Assembly (NCBI GenBank): GCA_023511795.1
Contig: JAIMAU010000001.1
Span: forward strand, 138,384-202,383
From: Armatimonadota bacterium
Lineage (GTDB): Bacteria > Armatimonadota > UBA5829 > DTJY01
DNA: 64,000 nt
Direction: 5' to 3'
Shown here: positions 60,348-64,000 of the stretch, one piece after another
Numbering within the stretch: the stretch's first letter is position 1
Layout: each line of letters begins with the position of its first letter
Made by a program: the position numbers and the translations under genes
Notes under the pieces: generated by a model
What the model saw: only the letters and a program-made list of their open reading frames with translations
The model's database searches: none
Told to the model about the DNA's origin: nothing

Positions 60348-61280
60348 TTATTGTTTAAGCGATTCGATATACTTCTCCGCCGATACAGCCGCTATTGCAC
60401 CATCAGCGGCGGCGGTGATCAACTGGCGTAGGGACTTTCTTCGGCAATCGCCAGCCGCGAAGACACCGGGAACGTTAGTCTGCATTTCCTCGTTAGTCAA
60501 TATGTATCCTTGTTCGTCAGTTACCACAGTCCCATGAACAAACTCCGTGTTCGGGTCCGTGCCGACAAGCACAAATACTCCCTCCACTGGCAGGGTTTCT
60601 CGTTTGCCGGTCGCTACATTTTCAATTACTAATCCCTCGACTTTTTCTTTGCCGAGAATTTCGACGGCGATGGTGTTCCATTTGACTGTGATTTTTGGGT
60701 TTTTTAAAACGCGTTCCTGAAGAATCTTGCAAGCTCGCAGAGTATCCCTGCGGTGGATGATAGCAATCTTGCTAGCAAATCTGCTAAGGAATACCGCGTC
60801 TTGAACTGCGGAATCACCACCACCAACCACCGCAATCTCTTTTCCCTTGAAGAAAATGCCGTCGCATGTGGCGCAATATGAGACTCCTTTGCCAGTAAGC
60901 CGATCTTCGTTTGGAATTCCTAGTCGACGTGGTGTTGCACCTGATGCAATAATAATGGTCTTGGTATGGTAATCGCCGGTTGATGAATGGACTACCTTGT
61001 CACGTCTCGAAAGGTCTAACAATTGGACCTCGCTTGAGATTATTTCGAGTCCCAGCAAGCGAGCTTGTTCTTCCATTCGTGATGTAATTTCAAGGCCAGA
61101 GGTTCCTCCAGGGAAGCCGGGGTAGTTTTCTATGTGGTCGATGAGAACCATTTGTCCGCCTGGTAAGTATTTCTCAAGCAGTACGGTCTTGAGGCGCGAC
61201 CGCATTGCATAAATACCTGCCGAAAGCCCGGCGGGGCCACCCCCAATTATAACAACGTCGTATAAATCCAAGTTTTTCAT
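60348..61280 (-). CDS. trxB: NADPH-dependent thioredoxin reductase
   Basis: GGGPAG, GVSYCATCDG, GGGDSA, HRRDTLRA, FAAGD. Confidence 0.95.
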   Translation of the reverse strand: MKNLDLYDVVIIGGGPAGLSAGIYAMRSRLKTVLLEKYLPGGQMVLIDHIENYPGFPGGTSGLEITSRMEEQARLLGLEIISSEVQLLDLSRRDKVVHSSTGDYHTKTIIIASGATPRRLGIPNEDRLTGKGVSYCATCDGIFFKGKEIAVVGGGDSAVQDAVFLSRFASKIAIIHRRDTLRACKILQERVLKNPKITVKWNTIAVEILGKEKVEGLVIENVATGKRETLPVEGVFVLVGTDPNTEFVHGTVVTDEQGYILTNEEMQTNVPGVFAAGDCRRKSLRQLITAAADGAIAAVSAEKYIESLKQ

Positions 61281-61493
61281 CTTTGTTAGCTTATTCTACC
61301 ATACTATACTATTAGCCTGGTACAGCCAAAGTCAAATACCAAATAAAGAAAAAAACTTCAAACAGGAATAATTGATGTTCGGTTTTCATTCAAGGAAGAG
61401 GCAGTTAGCATTTGGATTAAGCTCTCAGGTAACCCTTGAAAAACTGACTCCTTAAGCACATGAATGTTTTATATGAAAATAAGTTAGGAAAAA

Positions 61494-61518
61494 GTTTTTA
61501 GAAGGAATATGTGGGTAA
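61494..61518 (+). promoter_or_regulatory. SigB/SigF-type promoter
   Basis: GTTTTT-N13-GGGTAA about 45 nt upstream of ATG 61563. Confidence 0.5.
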
Positions 61519-61562
61519 AAACAAAACATATAAAATTAATTAATGCAGCAGGGTGTCAGATA

Positions 61563-62489
61563 ATGGTTTCCGGCGTGTTCCAAGGCAAAATTTGGGATGT
61601 TCTAATAATAGGTGCAGGGCCGGCAGGCTTATCAGCGGCAGTAAATGCAAAAGCAAGAAATTTAAAAGGAATTGTGTTTGACTTCCGCGAACCTGCAAGT
61701 AAGCCGAAAATCTACCCTGAGGTAACGAATTACTTGGGACTGCCCAAAGTTACTGGCGCTGAATTAGCTTGTCATTTTATGCGGCACTTCTCGAACACAG
61801 GTTTCTTATATAAGAAACAACGTGCGCTCAACGTTGTGCAAGATGGTAACCATGATTTCATGGTTACCACTGACAGCGAAGTTTACCGAAGCTGGACGGT
61901 TATTATTACCACAGGCGTGGCCCAATCGCGGGTATTGCCGGGTGAGGAACAGTATCTTGGTAAAGGAGTTTCCTACTGCGTTACTTGCGATGGTGCTTTG
62001 TTCCGCGGCAAGGACGTGGTTGTTGTGGGTTATATACCAGAGGGAGAGGAGGAAGCGAATTCGCTGGCAGGATTTGCTCGGCGCGTGACGTATGTCGCAA
62101 CATACGAAAATGTGAAAATGCTCGACAAGTCGGTTGAGATTATTCACTCGAACCCTGTAGCAATAATTGGAGATGCGCGTGCTCGCGCCATAAAAACACA
62201 GATTGGCGAAGTACATGCCGATGGTATATTTATCATACGCGAAGCCGTTCCGGTGACAACATTACTTCCGGGACTTGAAGTGGCCGACGGCTTTATAAAG
62301 GTAGATAGACAGATGGCGACAAACATCCCTGGTGTCTTCGCAGCTGGTGATTGCACAGGTGGGCCGTTCCAAATTGCAAAAGCTGTTGGTGAAGGACAGG
62401 TGGCTGCATTGAGTGCCGCAAGGTATGTGTATAAACTAAGAGAAAAGGAGATGTCTGAAAATGAGGCAATTGATTCCCGAGCAAGATAA
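61563..62489 (+). CDS. TrxB-like flavoprotein disulfide reductase lacking NADPH-binding motifs
   Basis: GAGPAG, GVSYCVTCDG, FAAGDC; VVGYIPEG in place of GGGxxA. Confidence 0.85.
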   Translation: MVSGVFQGKIWDVLIIGAGPAGLSAAVNAKARNLKGIVFDFREPASKPKIYPEVTNYLGLPKVTGAELACHFMRHFSNTGFLYKKQRALNVVQDGNHDFMVTTDSEVYRSWTVIITTGVAQSRVLPGEEQYLGKGVSYCVTCDGALFRGKDVVVVGYIPEGEEEANSLAGFARRVTYVATYENVKMLDKSVEIIHSNPVAIIGDARARAIKTQIGEVHADGIFIIREAVPVTTLLPGLEVADGFIKVDRQMATNIPGVFAAGDCTGGPFQIAKAVGEGQVAALSAARYVYKLREKEMSENEAIDSRAR

Positions 62490-63138
62490 AGAGTTTCTCA
62501 AGGCAAAGTTTGCAGATGAATTGGAGAATGAGGTAACAGTTGTTGCGTTTACTGAAAAGGCTGAGAATTTGGAGCTACCCGGCCTGGAATGCGAGTTCTG
62601 CAAGGAAACAGCTCAGCTAATTGACGAAGTGGCTGAGCTTTCAGATTTAATTAAGGTTGAGCACAGGGAGTACACGCCATCCGATGAAATGGTGGCTAAG
62701 CTTGGAATTGACAAGCTTCCGGCGATTATACTAATGGGTGACAATATTAAGGGCATTCGATACTTTGGTATTCCAGGTGGGTTTGAATTCAGCTCATTAA
62801 TCGAGGACATTGTGGATGTTTCAAAAAACGTCACCGATTTATCAAATGAAGCCAAGGAAAAAGTCCGAGGTATCGACCAGGATGTTCACATACAAGTGTT
62901 TGTCACACCAACTTGTCCTTACTGTCCGTCTGCTGTTCGGATTGCTCACCAAATGGCGATTGAGAACCCAGAGCATATAATGGCAGATGCAATCGAGGCA
63001 ACCGAATTTCCGCATCTAGTCAGCAAGTATGACATCAGCGCAGTACCGACAGTGGTGATTAACGACAAAGTTCAATTTGAAGGTGCATTGCCCGATTACG
63101 AGTTCGCAGAGAAAATTGCCGAGGCTCTAAGCGCTTAA
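62461..63138 (+). CDS. Protein disulfide oxidoreductase (two thioredoxin folds, AhpF-NTD/PDO type)
   Basis: CEFC and CPYC, GIPGGFEF, IEATEFP, AVP. Confidence 0.9.
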   Translation: MRQLIPEQDKEFLKAKFADELENEVTVVAFTEKAENLELPGLECEFCKETAQLIDEVAELSDLIKVEHREYTPSDEMVAKLGIDKLPAIILMGDNIKGIRYFGIPGGFEFSSLIEDIVDVSKNVTDLSNEAKEKVRGIDQDVHIQVFVTPTCPYCPSAVRIAHQMAIENPEHIMADAIEATEFPHLVSKYDISAVPTVVINDKVQFEGALPDYEFAEKIAEALSA

Positions 63139-63144
63139 AACAGA

Positions 63145-63177
63145 TACGGGATGGGGAGTTAGAACCCCCATCCCGTA
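63145..63177. terminator. Bidirectional terminator
   Basis: TACGGGATGGGG-N9-CCCCATCCCGTA between convergent genes. Confidence 0.8.
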
Positions 63178-63200
63178 AATTTTTCTAGTTCCGTTATATA

Positions 63201-63572
63201 TCACTTAACAAGGTCGCGGATAGCCTGAACAAAAGGTTTTCGGAAAATTTGCTTTGAGATTTCCTCCAAAAGTTTTATTGCCATTTCTCTTCTTGAAATT
63301 GCTGGAGTGTACATAAAAGCATCGGTCTTCTTGTTGCCAAACCGTGCCTGGACTAAAAAACCTTTTCGCGCTAGCTTAGACATCGTGAGCATGATAGTTG
63401 AATAAGATAGTTCTCGTCTAGGATACATTATTTTAAAAACTTTTGATGCTGTAATTGGTGGTTCCAAGTCCCACACAATGTCGAGAATTTGAGCCTCTAA
63501 CTCACCCAGTGATTGGCCGTCTAGACCTTTGCGAATGCCCACGTAGTCCTTTATTCCAGTACTGCTGTTCAA
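63201..63572 (-). CDS. BlaI/MecI/CopY family transcriptional regulator
   Basis: LGELEAQILDIVW, LSYSTIMLTMSKLARKG, Y.PAISR. Confidence 0.88.
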   Translation of the reverse strand: MNSSTGIKDYVGIRKGLDGQSLGELEAQILDIVWDLEPPITASKVFKIMYPRRELSYSTIMLTMSKLARKGFLVQARFGNKKTDAFMYTPAISRREMAIKLLEEISKQIFRKPFVQAIRDLVK

Positions 63573-63699
63573 TTAGTCACTCCTTTCTAAAATTAAAATT
63601 ATATCTTACAACGTGTTATATGATAGATGGTTATGCTGAATGCTGTCAAGAGGCATGAGGAAGAATTAGAAATTTCTTTTTTGTTGCTGTTTAAATTAA

Positions 63700-64000
63700 C
63701 TAGGCAATTGATTTTAGGTGGTTGATAGCTTCTTCAATTGTTTCGGCTCTAATTATAAGTTCATCCAAGCGAAGGAGTTTAAATGCTCGGTCAACGGGTT
63801 CAGTTAGGCTAACTAGAACAATATCGCCACCTTTTTCGGTTGCTCTATTTTTCGTATCAAGGAGAATTCTGAATCCTGCGCTGTCAATATAAACCATATT
63901 TCTTAAATCGAAAATAATTTTGTTTCGCCCGGTTTCGAGGAGGTTATCGGCGGCCTCCTTTAATTTTTTGCTAGTAATTAAGTCGCATTCACCCTTGGCT
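63700..64000 (-). CDS. STAS-domain anti-sigma-factor antagonist (RsbV/SpoIIAA-like), 5'-truncated
   Basis: Frame open to the window edge: AKGECDLITS...IIFDLRNMVYIDSAG...GGDIVL. Confidence 0.9.
   Translation of the reverse strand, partial: AKGECDLITSKKLKEAADNLLETGRNKIIFDLRNMVYIDSAGFRILLDTKNRATEKGGDIVLVSLTEPVDRAFKLLRLDELIIRAETIEEAINHLKSIA

Noticed and set aside
61421..61430. CTCTCAGGT resembling the glycine riboswitch
   Set aside because: The CCGAAG core and P2/P3 architecture are absent; kept only as an unclassified RNA candidate
1..64000. CRISPR arrays, IS/transposases, prophage, rRNA, selenocysteine recoding, obvious frameshifted pseudogenes
   Set aside because: None seen by eye: no regularly spaced repeats, no mobile-element motifs, and the redox proteins have intact Cys motifs. 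A computational scan would be needed to exclude subtle cases

Overview
A 64-kb bacterial chromosomal segment of moderate GC. A PEP-CTERM protein, two prepilin-type/H-X9-DG proteins and a T-box riboswitch together suggest Armatimonadota or a related Terrabacteria lineage (inference). Core content: xseA/xseB, rsmI, a Leu T-box-controlled ilvD-ilvB-ilvN-ilvC-leuA-leuC-leuD-cimA operon, ispH-DUF512-der-plsY-amrA-maf, four tRNAs (Leu-GAG, Val-CAC, Gly-CCC, Cys-GCA) and trxB. Many carbohydrate genes are interspersed: secreted GH-like proteins, uxaE, Zn-dehydrogenases, an ExuT-like MFS transporter and an aldolase-MDR-srlD operon. I saw no mobile element, CRISPR array or rRNA. The most interesting signals are: (1) a miniaturised 2-hydroxyacyl-CoA-dehydratase/double-cubane-like FeS protein paired with a compact ATP-dependent activase; (2) five SigB/SigF-type promoter motifs (GTTT..-N13-15-GGG.A.) upstream of small or stress-type genes, plus a STAS anti-anti-sigma gene; (3) a 687-aa atypical transaldolase-family protein; (4) an aldolase / Rossmann-duplicated MDR / SrlD operon; (5) small proteins built from an RNA-polymerase-insert-like repeat; (6) a DnaA-N-like orphan protein; (7) a TrxB paralogue lacking NADPH motifs, preceded by a candidate structured RNA. 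All family calls come from motif recognition by eye, not from database searches.
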